Assembly (NCBI RefSeq): GCF_009914755.1
Contig: NC_060941.1
DNA length: 64,000 bases
Direction: 5' to 3' (one strand)
DNA from: the human T2T-CHM13v2.0 reference genome, Homo sapiens
Positions 19,331 to 33,747 of this stretch are shown here, piece by piece; position 1 is the stretch's first letter, and every line of letters starts with the position of its first letter. A program made the position numbers and the translations under genes. The notes below the pieces were generated by a model. The model saw only the letters and a program-made list of their open reading frames with translations, searched no databases and was not told where the DNA came from.

Positions 19331-19375
19331 CGCCCGGGAGCTGGGCGCCCGGGAGCTGGGTGCCCGGGAGCTGGG
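19331..19375. repeat. 15-bp GC-rich tandem repeat x3
   Basis: (c/t)gcccgggagctggg at 19331, 19346 and 19361. Confidence 0.95.
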
Positions 19376-19966
19376 CGCATGCACACTTAGCATGTCCTCT
19401 GCGTACCCAGTGCAGCCGCTGTTAAAAATAGAACTGTGCTTTGCAGAGAGATTCTCAAATGACACCCACCAAGTGCCCATTAACTCATCAAAGTGGTGAT
19501 TCCAAATTGATTATTTCGAGTGTAAGACATAATAACATGTTCATCATGGAAAATAATTAGCGGTGGAGTGGGGCCGGGATGGCCTGCTGCCTGCCTGCCT
19601 GGCTCCCCCCTGCAGCCGAGAGGGAGGGGTGGGTGGGCGCCAGGGCTTGATGTGGTTTTCACTGGGAGAGTTGGTGACTTACGACTAATACTCACCCTGC
19701 CACCCAGCCCCTCCCTTAGCCTGACTGGCCAGCCAGGCCCTCTCCCAGGCATGGTGTGGGTCTCCTGTAGCCCCCGAGCCCCCTCCACTCTGTCCTGGGC
19801 CAGCCTCTCCTTTTTGGCTCCTCCAAGTGGGCAGTAATTGGCTGGGCTCCAGCTGGGAGCCTGGGTTATGGTTGACACACATTTCTCACTTGCCGAGTGC
19901 GGGCAGCCGCTGCGCACCTTCACACCGTTTCCTTGGAAACCAAATTGCTTTGGCAGCATTCCACGG

Positions 19967-19986
19967 ACACACACACACACACACAC
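19967..19986. repeat. (CA)n microsatellite
   Basis: acacacacacacacacacac. Confidence 0.9.
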
Positions 19987-21084
19987 TCTCATGCACATGT
20001 GTGCCCCACGAGAAAATCAAGTGCTATGGGAGCTGTCATCTCACTTGCCCTCCACCCCTTTCCCCTGGAGCCCCTGTGCCCCTGCCAGGCAGCCCTAAAC
20101 CCAGGCTGAGACCCCACAGGGGGATGGTTGGAAATGCTCCCCTCTGGGGAAGGCAGATGAAGCGTCTCCTAGAAGAGCCGGCGTCTGCTGAGGTAGCAGA
20201 TTGAGCAAGATGTTTATGGGCACTTAGATGGGAAAATGGCTCCTGAGGGTGTGAGGAGAGCAGCCAGCTCATGAAATGAGGACGGGGCTCTGGAAGCCTC
20301 CCAGCATCCTCGGAGGGGGCTTTGGTCCAGATCCGTGTCCCTGGGGGCGAGGTGGGCTGTGCAGGAAGGGCCTCTGCAGCTGCTGCGCCCCTGCCCACCT
20401 CTCAGCCAGCTCTCTTCTCCCTTCCCACCTTCCCTTGCTGCTTTGCACGCCCCAGGTAGAAAACATCGTAGCAGGAAATACTTGGGAAAAGGCTGTCCTC
20501 GCCCTGATTGGGGGATGTCCACCGTCACCCGCTCCAGTCCTGGGAAGCTCATTCCTCCTGCTCAGCTCCAGCTGAGTCCTTCTCCTGGACTTGCCTTCAG
20601 CCAGAGACAGTGGGCTTCCCAAATTCATGCCGCCCTCCACAGGCAGCTTGCAGCCCACGCTGGCCGGTGCAGGGGATAAAGGCCTGTGCAGGAGATAAAG
20701 GCTGGGATGCCAAGAGTCAACTGGAGCAACCTTCCTCACCTCCTCCCCAGCTCCAGAGCTGCCTGTTAGGATGGCTGAGGCTTTGTTGCAGCTGCATTGC
20801 AGCTGGATGTCTCCAAACTCCTGCACGCGGATCTCCATCTCCGACTCAGCTCCCCAATGTCCTTCAGCTAACCGTGACCTTCCTTACTTCCATCCCTTCT
20901 TCCGTAATCCTTTAAACAGCTGCTATGTGCTGAGCACTGTCAACAAGACCAGGTTCCCATTTGCAGGGAGCGTGTGTTCTGGTCAGCACAGGTGGAAAAG
21001 AAACAGTAAAAAAAAAAAAAAAGAGGGCAAGAAGTGCCCCCGCAGGGTTGAAATAGGTGCTGTGCTAGCAATTGCCAGGGGTAG

Positions 21085-21493
<409 letters not shown>

Positions 21494-22769
21494 TGCATCA
21501 GCACCCACAGTTCTTACAGGGGTCTGGACACTTAGGCACCTTCTGCTTGGCACACCCCAAAATTCCAGACTCCCAGAAGGAAAGCAGGTGCTCACCACGA
21601 GCCACATTTTTTACACACGTAGCCTAGGCACAGGGAGCCACGCTTGCGTTAGGGAATGGGCCACGCTTCTGCAATCGTGTCCCCAGATGCCGCCAAGGGC
21701 TGGCCTTCCAGGCAGGCCTTTCCAAGGGGAGCAGTCTTGGGCCAGAAATGGCAGCCCTTTCCTGGGCGGGGACAGGGACACCCTTCCACTGTGAAATCAT
21801 TCCATTTTCCTGCCTAGGATTTAGTGCCTTTCATGTGTTTGGGTTCTGCCAGCTGGCGGGGAATTCACGGGGCAATTTCAGTCACTCAAGTTTCTTTCCC
21901 AATCCAGGAGAAACCTCAAGTCTCACTAAGAAAGTGGTAGAAGGAGAGTAACAGGCTTGGTTTGCAGGGGGTGGGGGTGGGGGTCAAGACCCTTAGACGA
22001 GCTGCAGCTCCTTGCTGAGAACGTGCACACACTCAAAATTTGTGGGGGGCCCATGGTCCTCTGGGGCTCCTCCGGCACCCCAGGTGAAGCTTCTGAAATG
22101 GCTTTTCCACCTGGACAATCCCTCCCTCCCCAGGTGGAAGGTGAGGGGGTTCTGCTTCTCCCTGGGCAGAAGCAGCACCACAGCCCCTTTGCCCCCTTTG
22201 CCAGAGGCTTCAAGGGGCAGCGTCCCCCAGTGCCCCCCGAGCAAGCTCCCCATCTGACAAGGGAGGCCCTAGCTCATCCCAGAAGCGTCAGAGTCATCCT
22301 TCACACTCACCACCATGCTGAGCACCCAGAGGGGCTCATGCCTCCAGTGTCAGACAGGATTGAGATCCAGGCTGTCTGGCTCCGGGGTCTTAGCCCTGAC
22401 ACTCGACTTCAGAGGGAGTTCTTGCCTGGGAGTGCCTTCAAAGCAGAGTCCCTGGACACTTTCCCCTGCGACATTTAGTCCTTTAAGGAGGCTGTAAGCA
22501 CGTTGACCTGCCCCAGAGCCAGTCGTGCCCTCACGTCCCTCAGGACGGCCCACCATGGCCAAGCACAGGCCAGAGAACAGCCTTGTTGTTGGCGTCAGGA
22601 CTGTTGGCATCAGGGTCCTGCTTGTCAGGTTAGGAACGTGGTTCCTTTACCTGCACCTCCAGGTGATGCTGTCTCCATCCTTAGAACCTGAAGGCCTAGG
22701 TCCCTAAAAGTAGCAGCAGCAGCAGTAGTAGTAGCAGTAATAGTAGGAGAAGGAGGAGCTGAAGACCTC

Positions 22770-23010
22770 ACAATAATCATTGCCCAACCGCGTGAACCAG
22801 CCCATCTTAAGCATGGAACACACACTGTCGAATTCTCACACCGCCTTTTGGAGCGGGTTCTCTCAATTATCCCATTTACAGACAAAGAATCTGAGACTCC
22901 AAGGGGCTAAATGATTTGCTCAAAGTCAGGGTAAGTGTGAGAACTGGAGCCGAAACCCAGCCTGCTGGACCTGAGCCCCTGACTCTCAACCTTAAGCCAC
23001 GCTGTCTCCC
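22770..23010. mobile_element. MIR SINE preceded by (GCA/GTA)n low complexity
   Basis: attatcccatttacagacaaagaatctgagactc...tgatttgctcaaagtca...gagccgaaacccag. Confidence 0.7.
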
Positions 23011-24539
23011 ATGGATCCCTCCAGGGCCACGCAGTTGGTGCTCAATAATTGCATACTGCGTGGAGGTGAGCTGGGCTCTGGGTGTGGCCAGGTGGTGTCC
23101 CTGGAGGGCTCAGCACACCTTTCTCAGGTAGGTGGTATTAGGCAGTGGGCTCATGTGGTCCTGATTCAGAGGCGGAGAATGGGAGTGTTTCAGGGATGCA
23201 GGTATGAGCCTGGTCCTAGCACGCATCTCTAGGTGGGGACAGACTCCTCTCAGCCACCCCATTGCCCAGTGATAGTTCCTTGGCACTGATGCTGTCACAT
23301 CCTTGTCATTCTGGGGGATTAAACTCTGCCCTCTGGATGTGTTCATGGGCAGCTCAGTAATACAAAGAAGTCATTCATAAGTTTACTTTGCTTTCGACTG
23401 CCCTTTCATGGTAACGTTGGTTCAAGGGAATCCTGTGATTCCCCAAATGTGGGGAGCAAATCGAGTCACCATGAGTCACCTCCCCAGGCTGATGTCTTCT
23501 CTGGCACGTGTGGCCACGGGGGAGCCAGGATGGGTCTCCTTCCTCACTCCATCTGCTCGCTGGGTCTTGGTCTCAGGTGCCTCTTCCCTTCACTGCCTGT
23601 CTTTTATTCCTCTGTCTACCCTCTCCTCATACAGAAATTGGGATTTCTCATACAGAGAAATGGAGTGATTGCTCCTGATTGCACAGCCGGGAGGGCTGTA
23701 CACTGGAGCCCCTCCTGCTGCAGTTAACTTATTTTCCACCCCTGCGGTGTGTGGTTCCTGGAGCAATGCCTGCTACCTGCTTCTCTGCCCCATCCTCTGT
23801 GAGGAAGGGTCCATGCTGTTCCTTTTTCTGTCTCAAAAATGTGCTCATGTGCCCCAAGTTGTGTGAACCACCGACTCTGTGCTCCTTCCAGGCCCTGACC
23901 AGTGTGTTTGAGCATTAAAGCTCGCAGGTACATCAAAGGTGCTCAGTAAATGCTGGATAAATCAATCCATGCTTTCCTGGGCTCTCCTGGTGGGATGCAT
24001 TCTTTTAGCTAAGCGTCCCTGCCAGGGGAGTGGTTGGTTTCCATGAGGCCAGAGGGGGAAAAGCTGGTTGACCCCTATCCTGGGCATTCAGAGTCATTTC
24101 CCGCTCCTTTCTGTGGCTGGAACCAGAAGAATATATCTCAGGTCTAATAGGGTATGGACTGCATAAAGCCTGGGATTTTTGTGCATTCTGTTCATGACAA
24201 TGTCTCTAGCCTGTTGAACAGCCCATAGTAGGCACTCAGCAAACCAATAGGAACTGAGGGGGTCAAGGAAATGCCCTGTGATCCCCCTGAATCCAACCCC
24301 TCTGTCTTTGCCCACCTTTCCTCCGTTAAAACACAGCCTATATCAATGAGGGCCTGGGAGAAAACTGGGGTGGGGGAGGACTGTGCCTCTCTTGACCTTC
24401 ATTTACAAAAAATAAGTTGGCTCCTAGACCCGTGTTGGAGCCACACTGCCCGGGACAGCCCTGAAGCAGCCACGTCCCCACCTTTCAGGAGTCGGCCAAG
24501 AGCACGGTGGCTGCAGAAGGCCCTGGCTGATGGAGATAA

Positions 24540-24910
24540 CATTTGACAAACAGGGTGAGCGCCTTCCCCCTCCGCCCCTCTTTTAGAAACCCGGCGTTCT
24601 TTATGGCTTTGCTCAGGTAGATCATTCATTGCCATAAATTTTCTTATCTCCAGTGCTTTTCCAATTATGGATAACAACAGAAAAGCAGTCATTGGTTTCT
24701 AAAAGGTCATCAAGATATAAAGCCCGTTTGGGAAGGGAATGACTTACGCAGTGGGCTTGTATAAATCTGGAGAAGTTTTATGCACAAGTCGGACAAGAAA
24801 TGTAAGTGAGATTCATAAAATATATAACGATTCATGGTGTCTCGGCTGATGAAAATTGTCTTTCCTTTTGCTGTTTGTGTGGGAATTATTTGTTCTTTCC
24901 AGGTGTTCTA
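24540..24910. promoter_or_regulatory. Putative enhancer-like block with posterior-HOX/CDX-type motifs
   Basis: Repeat-free; tttatgg, gccataaa, caattatgg, ttttatg, cataaaa, tgacaaac. Confidence 0.4.
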
Positions 24911-25117
24911 CATACGGCTCGGGAGCCAGCAAGTGCTTATGAAGCCCCTTCACATGGCTAGTGGCATCCTAAGGACCCGGCGACAATTAGTCATGGCGTC
25001 ATCGAACACCAGGCTGGAGGAGGTCTTGGATGCCACAGCTCCTTTTGAATTTCAAAGACGTTCAAATCCCCATCTGGCTGTTACACTTTTAGGCTATTGA
25101 GAGTGAAAACAAGCACT

Positions 25118-26247
25118 GACATGAACACCCAACCAGCTGCCGGTGACATCGTCCCCTTCTGAGATCTGAGGACATGGATACCCAACCACCTGCCGGTGAT
25201 ATCGTCTCCTTCTGAGATCTGAGGACATGGACACCAAACCACCTGCCAGTGACATTGTCTCCTTCTGAGATCTGAGGACATGGACACCAAACCACCTGCC
25301 GGTGACATCGTCCCCTTCTGAGATCTGAGGACATGGATACCCAACCACCTGCCAGTGACATCGTCTCCTTCTGAGATCTGAGGACATGGACACCAAACCA
25401 CCTGCCAGTGACATCGTCTCCTTCTGAGATCTGAGGACATGGACACCAAACCACCTGCCAGTGACATCGTCCCCTTCTGAGATCTGAGGACATGAACACC
25501 CAACCACCTGCCGGTGACATCGTCCCCTTCTGAGATCTGAGGACATGGATACCCAACCACCTGCCGGTGACATCGTCTCCTTCTGAGATCTGAGGACATG
25601 GACACCAAACCACCTGCCGGTGACGTCGTCTCCTTCTGAGATCTGAGGACATGAACACCGAACCACCTGCCGGTGACATCGTCCCCTTCTGAGATCTGAG
25701 GACATGGATACCCAACCACCTGCCGGTGACATCGTCTCCTTCTGAGATCTGAGGACATGGACACCAAACCACCTGCCGGTGACGTCGTCTCCTTCTGAGA
25801 TCTGAGGACATGAACACCCAACCACCTGCCGGTGACATCGTCCCCTTCTGAGATCTGAGGACATGGATACCCAACTACCTGCCGGTGACATCGTCTCCTG
25901 AGATCTGAGGACATGGACACCCAACCACCTGCCGGTGACATCGTCTCCTTCTGAGATCTGAGGACTTGGACACCCAACCTGCTGCTGGTGACATCGTTCC
26001 CTTCTGAGATCTGAGGACATGGACACCCAACCACCTGCCGGTGACATTGTCTCCTTCTGAGGTCTGAGGACAGACACTCACATGGACACCTAAACACCTG
26101 CCGATGATATTGTCTCCTTCTGAAATCTGAGGACATGGACACCCAACCAGCTGCTGGTGACATCATCTCCTTCTGAGATCTGAGGACAGACACTCACATA
26201 GATGCCCAATCAGCTGCTGGTGACATTGTCTCCTTCTGAAATCTGAG
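25118..26247. repeat. 53-bp VNTR/minisatellite, ~21 copies
   Basis: Unit gacatggacaccaaaccacctgccggtgacatcgtctccttctgagatctgag; starts at 25118, 25171, 25224 and onward; degenerate at the 3' end. Confidence 0.98.
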
Positions 26248-26269
26248 GGTTGGAACACATTGGCCTGGC

Positions 26270-26436
26270 TCAGTGTTTCTCCATGTGGTTTTGAGACCAC
26301 CTGAGTTGGAACCGATATGGGTTCCCAGCCTCACGCCTGGAGAGCTGGATTTTGCGAGTGTGAGGTTAGGTCCAGCATCTGCATGTGTAACGAGCTCCCA
26401 GGTGTTTCGTAGATGCATTAGGGCTTGAGAAGCTCC
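26270..26436. mobile_element. MER5-type hAT relic
   Basis: cagtgtttctccatgtggt...atctgcatgtgtaacgagctcccaggtg...ttgagaagc. Confidence 0.6.
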
Positions 26437-26814
26437 TTTCTAGCACCATCTTCCTTTTTGCGCATGAGGGAGTTCAGGTCCAGAGAAATAAAGCAGCAAG
26501 GTTAGTGGCACAGCTGGCGCCCCCTGCTTTCTAGGAATTTAGAATATTATTGAAGAGAGAGGTATTAGAACCTGTGAAGTCAATACAGAGACCTCCAGGC
26601 GAGTGGCATCCTCACTGAAACCACTGACAAGTATGCTGAATAGAAAGTGTCATTTCTCCTGGAAGACCCTCAGTGACCCAGCTGGAGGGTCTCTCCTACT
26701 CATCAGCTGTCCCTCACTCTGCCATTTCAGCAGCTCTGCTCACCCTGAGCATGCAGAGAGAGCAGCTTTTAAATGAGTTCTAATCCAGACCAGCTTGGCT
26801 AGCATTGTCTGTGT

Positions 26815-27022
26815 AGAGGTGTGCTAGTAAGTCTAACAACTGGCTCTCTGAGAGAGAGTAGCCCTACCTAACTGGTAGCATTTGCCACTTCCCATGGTGT
26901 AAATACTCCCAGCATGGCCAACTTCAAGCTTACTAAGAGGATTTCGCTGATCATGGTTTTGGGGAGAGATGTGCAGATTGACTCCTGCCAGCTAGTAGGA
27001 GCCGGCTCCAGCACACCACGGC
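26815..27022. mobile_element. MER63-like hAT (Blackjack) MITE
   Basis: Imperfect TIRs gaggtgtgctag / ccagcacaccac; internal ggtgtaaatactccc...atggccaacttcaagct. Confidence 0.75.
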
Positions 27023-28164
27023 ATCTGTGTCCAGGAACCAGGCTGAGATGTGGGAAGGCCAGAGAAGGAGGAGGCTGGCAGATGCCTGAGGGCTGGGAAG
27101 GATTGCATCCAGGAGGACGGCCGTGGTGGGCATCCCTGCATTGGGGGGCAGCCGGGCCCAAGATCCAGGGGGACAGAAAGCACAAATGGTGCTGGGGTTC
27201 AGTGCCACACTCACCCTGGGGCAGAGGAGGGTGACACTGGCCCTGCCACCTGACCTCAGCCTCAGGGGCTCCAGATCCTAGCCAGAGGCCTTGAGTGCTT
27301 CCTGCCACAAAGGCAGGGGGTGGCCTGGGATTTCCTCTCTGATCGGAGCTGATGTTTCCCTCCAGGAAACCATCCCTGCTCACCTTGCTAGGCCTGGGGC
27401 AAGTTGGAGTGAAGGGCAGGTCCCTCAGCCTTGCCTTTGAGACCTTACCTTCCACTTCATTCCCATCTGTGGCTCTCATTCCTTCCCCACCCCTGCCCTA
27501 TGCTCTGGTGAGAAGGTGCAACCCTGTGAGCCCCCATAGCAAGGTTCACTCCAGCCGTGCTTTCTGCTTGCTTTTGGTTTGTGAAAACCCTCCACTTTCT
27601 TAGAGGCCTTCTGCAAATGTCATTTCTTCATAAGGATCTTCCTACCCCGCCCGAGCCAGGGAGATCCCTCCCTTCTCTGAGCCCAGAGCACCATGTCCCT
27701 TCCCTGTAGCCCTGGTGACGTGCACCCTGGATGGTGGCCCTTCCAGTGACATGAAGGATGTTTTCCCTCTACAGACACTGTCTGGTTTTAGGATCCCGGA
27801 GCCAGGCATCTCGCTCACCCCTGTAGCCACCACAGCATTCAGCCCTGCAGCCTGGGACCTTGCTAAGGTCTTGCTTTACCCCTAAAAACCAAAAATAGTG
27901 TGTCACCTTTAGCAGTGATTGCCAACGCCTCTGGAGTGCTGGCTGGGACAGGCATCTCTATTTTCATCCTCACCAATCCTGCCAGGGAGCTACTCTGGGG
28001 AGCCCCATCCTGCTGATGAATGACCGAGTCTCGCAGCGATGACGGAACCTGCAGGTCCCAGGCTTGGGCCCAGGTCTGTCTTTCTCCAGGGGCCTCACAT
28101 CCATCTCCTTCCCAGCTCTCCTTTTCTGTAAGACTTCACAGAACAGGTTCAAAATCCATTTGCT

Positions 28165-28468
<304 letters not shown>

Positions 28469-28779
28469 CTAATACCAGGCTGAGGGTGAGCTGCTGTTCT
28501 CACCTGGGAGAGATGATTTGTCAGAACATGTCTTAAAACCGGCTGCTGCCATGCAGAGATAGCACATGACACGTGCCACCAGCCAGAGCCGCTCGTCCAT
28601 GGGCCAGGTAGGGTCCTCCCCACCCCAGCTCCGGGAATGGGACCCCAGGATTGGCAACACCTGTGGATGCCACATGGGTCTGAGGTCACTGTGCAGTGCG
28701 GCGCTTGGGCAGTGACCTGGTCCTTTCACTCTTTCCTCCATACTTCCTTATCTCAAGGTAAGAAAGGAAGATTGACAAC

Positions 28780-29000
28780 TCAGGCTGTAGAGTCAGAGAG
28801 TCCTGGGATCAAATCCCAGCTTAACCATATAATCTGTGTGACTTTGGGTGAATGATTGAAACGATCTGTGCTCCGTGTCACCATCCACACGGTAGGGATC
28901 ACAGTTGGTCTCTGTCTCTGGGAGGTCTGTGGGCTTTAAATGAGACAGTAGAGATGAAGTGCTTAGAGCTGTGCCCCGTGCATGGCCAGTGTGCAATGAG
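28780..29000. mobile_element. MIR SINE
   Basis: gagtcagagagtcctgggatcaaatcccagct...tgtgtgactttggg...taaatgaga...aagtgcttaga. Confidence 0.7.
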
Positions 29001-29391
29001 ATGGTCTCAGAGTATTATGGCTGGAGTCACCACTTGTATTACCAGGAAGCCCAGCCTCTGTGATTACAGGATTCCAACTATGGTGACTCTGCACCTCTTC
29101 CTTTTTCTCTTGCTTTCTCATTCGTCTTATTACCATTTGCTGAAATTAAATCAGAACACACAGGGGAAGCACCTATCCTTGCCCAGCACATAGTAGGCAT
29201 CGTGCAGGAGTCTGTGAGTCACATGGTTTACTCTTGCCCTCCTCCCCATGGTTCCTAGCATGGTGTTGAAGGTGTAGCAGGCCCTCCCTAATGGACCCAG
29301 GAGATCAGCCTGGGCACTCTCTCATTCTCCTCCTGCCTCCCACCCTTGATTCCCTCATAAGACAGCAGCACAAGTGACTTCTAGGGGAACC

Positions 29392-29768
29392 GTATTAGTC
29401 TGTTGCTAAGACCAGATAATTTATAAAGAAACGAGGTTTCATTGACTCACAGTTCTGCAGGCTGTACAGGAAGCATAGCTGGGGAGGCCTCAGGAAACTT
29501 ACAGTAGTGGCAGAAGGCAAAGGAGGAGCAGGCGTCCTCACATGGCTGGAGCAGGAGGAAGGGAGAGAGCGGGGAGGCGCCATCACTTTTAAACAAACAG
29601 GTCTCGTGAGAACTCACTCACTGTGCAGTCCCAAGGGGGAATGTGCCAAACCATTCATGAGAACTCCGCCCCTCTGATCCAGTCACCTCCCACCAGGTCC
29701 CACCTCCAACACTGGGGACTATAGTTCGACATAAGATTTGGGTGGGGTGGCAGATCCCAACCATATCA
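29392..29768. mobile_element. MSTA/MSTB MaLR solo LTR
   Basis: gtattagtc...taatttataaagaaa.gaggttt.attgactcacagttc...gaggcctcaggaaacttaca...cacctcccaccagg...ccatatca. Confidence 0.9.
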
Positions 29769-31148
29769 GAAAGGGTCTTTATGATCAGTGGAGAGTGGCA
29801 GGGAGGTGTGGACCATGGGGAGACACAGTCCTCCTGGACCTTGGAGTGAGAGGATTCAGTTTTAGCAAAAACAGGAGATAAGACTGTCTGGAATTGTCCT
29901 TCTGTGTGAATGACCCGCTCAAGGTCTCAAGGCAACTGCATGGCCCACCCGCTCCACTCATGGCCCTCTCACCCCCATTCGGCACCCCAGCCTTCTCCTT
30001 GTGGGGTCACCCCGCCCCACAGTCCGACCCGGGCTGGAGTGAAATCTCGGCTGACTGATGCGCCTTCACGGACGATGGCATGGAGGGGATCCACTGTCCC
30101 CCTCAGGCCTCTTCTCCAAGACAAAGGACAGTCATGTACACTGGCTCACAGACCACAGAGATGCTGGTAGTTGGTGTGCAAGAGCATTTATCATGTTGGA
30201 GAATGACAAAGAGGGAGCAGGTGTCTGACCTGGGATGAGAGAACACGGAGCGGTGAAGGCACACCAGGGGTGGAGAGGGCAGAGACAGGCTGTCATTTTT
30301 CAGCACAATTTTCCTCCCTTTAATGTTCCCATAGATTATGGGACCGGATCATCTGATGGCCGAAAGAGATGTTTTATGGTGCCAGGGTGGAAGGTTTGAG
30401 GAGAGGGAAAAATGATTGTGAACTTTCTGTCCTACAAAGGCTCTCATGGTCTATAGAATACAAAGTTGATTTTGCTTTGCTTTTCTTGGAAATGTGCTAG
30501 AGAGGAGAAAGGTAAATAGGATTTACCAGCCTCCTCCTGCATGCAAAGCAAATGGAAAGAACCCTCCCCCCTTGAACCTCCGTTTTGCTTGGAAGAAGCG
30601 GGATGTGTCTTCTTGTTCCCCTTCAAGGGAGATTTAAGAGGTCCTCTCCTGGAACAGCACAGAGTTTAATGCTAAATACTTTTCAAAATCTTTTGGTCAT
30701 CTACAGTTTTCTCTCCTCGGCTCTGCGGTCAGGAGGGTTTGAGGAAAGAGGTGGAAAGTTCTCTCTCCGAGGGACCCTGTCCCCAGGCCTCATGTGTTCC
30801 AGGGCCCCGTTTGCAGTTCTTGGCTGTATGAGTGAAAATCTTTATTGAAGAACCAGATTTCTTTTTTGCAAGGAGAAAAAAGAAAAGAAACCAATATCCA
30901 ATTCAAGTAGGGGCCAACAAGCAAATGAAAACATGCTCAAATTGATTAGTTTTCAGGGACATTCAATTTAAAACCACATGAGATAGCATTTCATGCCCAT
31001 TAGGACGGCTGGAGTCAAGACGGATGACAGCAAGTGTTGGTGAGTGTGTGGGGGGTTCAGAACCCTCGTGCCTTGCCTGTAGGAATGTGAAATGGGGCAG
31101 CCTCTTCGAAAAATGGTTTTGTAGTTCTTCAAAAAGTTAAACATGAAA

Positions 31149-31462
<314 letters not shown>

Positions 31463-31478
31463 TTAAACTATCATATAA

Positions 31479-31840
<362 letters not shown>

Positions 31841-32277
31841 GGGAACAGCTATTTAAACAAATGTTGTACACGAATGCCCGCAGCAGGACTACTGACAATA
31901 GCCCAAAACTGACAACAACCCAAATGTCTGTCAATGGATAAATAAATAAACTGTGGTCTATAAATACAATGGAATATTATTCAGCCATGAAAAGGAATCT
32001 AGTACTGACACATGATACGAGGTGGGTGAACCTCAAAAACATCACGCTAAGTGAAAGAAACCAGTCACGTGTTGTAGATCCTATTTATAGGAAATATCCA
32101 GCAGAGGGACACACGCAGAGACAAAAGGCAGATTGGGGGTTGCCAAGGTTGTGGGGAGGGGAAATGGGGAGTGACCACTGACAGGTACAGGGTTTTCTGT
32201 TGGGGTGAGTAAAATGTTTTGGAACTTGATTGATACAGCATTGTGAACATATAAAATGCTGCTGAATTGTTCACTAT

Positions 32278-32883
<606 letters not shown>

Positions 32884-33694
32884 AGAATTGTTCACTTCTA
32901 AATCATTCATTTTATGTTATATGAATTTTACATCAATGAATAGATACATGTTTATGTCTATACAAAATTCAAGCAGGGCCCTGGGAAGCAGGCTGGGAGA
33001 GCCGGGCTGACTCAAGGGAAATTGTTGTGAATGGGTGAAGGGGAGGTTGGTTTTTCTTCAGAATTTCTTGCTTCCCCCATCTTAGTAATACAGGTGTGAG
33101 AAGAGCATCAGGTACTAGATAAACTCCTCCTTGGGAGTAACCTCGGACAGAGCCAAGAACGCAGGGGACACAAAATGGCATCTTACCAACCTTGCTTATC
33201 TTCTCTCCTGCTGCAAAATCCCCCTGCCCCCAATATGACCACCTGCCCAAATGTCCAGCCCTCCACCTAGGGAATAAGCTGGCCCGTGGGAACAGCACAG
33301 GTGAGGGGATGGCTCCAGGCAGCCAAGCACGTGGAAGGTGAGCCTGGCCCCCAGAGAGGCTGTGGCCCTTCTGTCTCCACCCACCTGTGGGCACCACGAG
33401 GGCCTGGCTGGGGATATCTGGTTCCTGCCATGGAGGTAGCCAGGGACAGCCCCTTAGGCTGGTTCCACAGTGGCGTCCATGGAGGAAAGGGTGAAACTCT
33501 CGGTGGTGCTGGGGTCCCAGGCAGCACGGGACCTTCGTGGATGGGATGGCGGACATTCTGCTACCTGCTCCGTTCCCCGGGATCACACCTCAGAGCTCTC
33601 CTTGCCGACTCCACTGTGGACTGGATTTTGAGAAGCCTCCTCCTGGAGGGCTGTCACGTTCCCACGGGGCCTCTCCTGCCCTGCAAAGGCTGTG

Positions 33695-33747
33695 TGGGGC
33701 CTTCTGTGCATGGCGCGTGGGGCCTTCTCTGCATGGCGCCTGGGGCC
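33695..33747. repeat. 23-bp tandem duplication
   Basis: tggggccttct(g/c)tgcatggcgc(g/c) x2 plus a partial copy. Confidence 0.85.

Noticed and set aside
25130-26050. Tandem CTCF sites in the VNTR (ccggcaggtggtt on the minus strand)
   Set aside because: Only a partial match; it lacks the conserved GGC end of the core motif, so it cannot be supported without PWM or ChIP data.
25118-26247. CRISPR-like array
   Set aside because: Units are contiguous with no unique spacers, there are no cas genes, and the context is primate DNA; it is a minisatellite.
26868-27479. 203-aa minus-strand ORF (and similar ones at 32969-33586, 33286-33843, 20269-20838)
   Set aside because: GC-rich stop-poor DNA, partly transposon-derived; Pro/Gly/Ser-rich with no homology.
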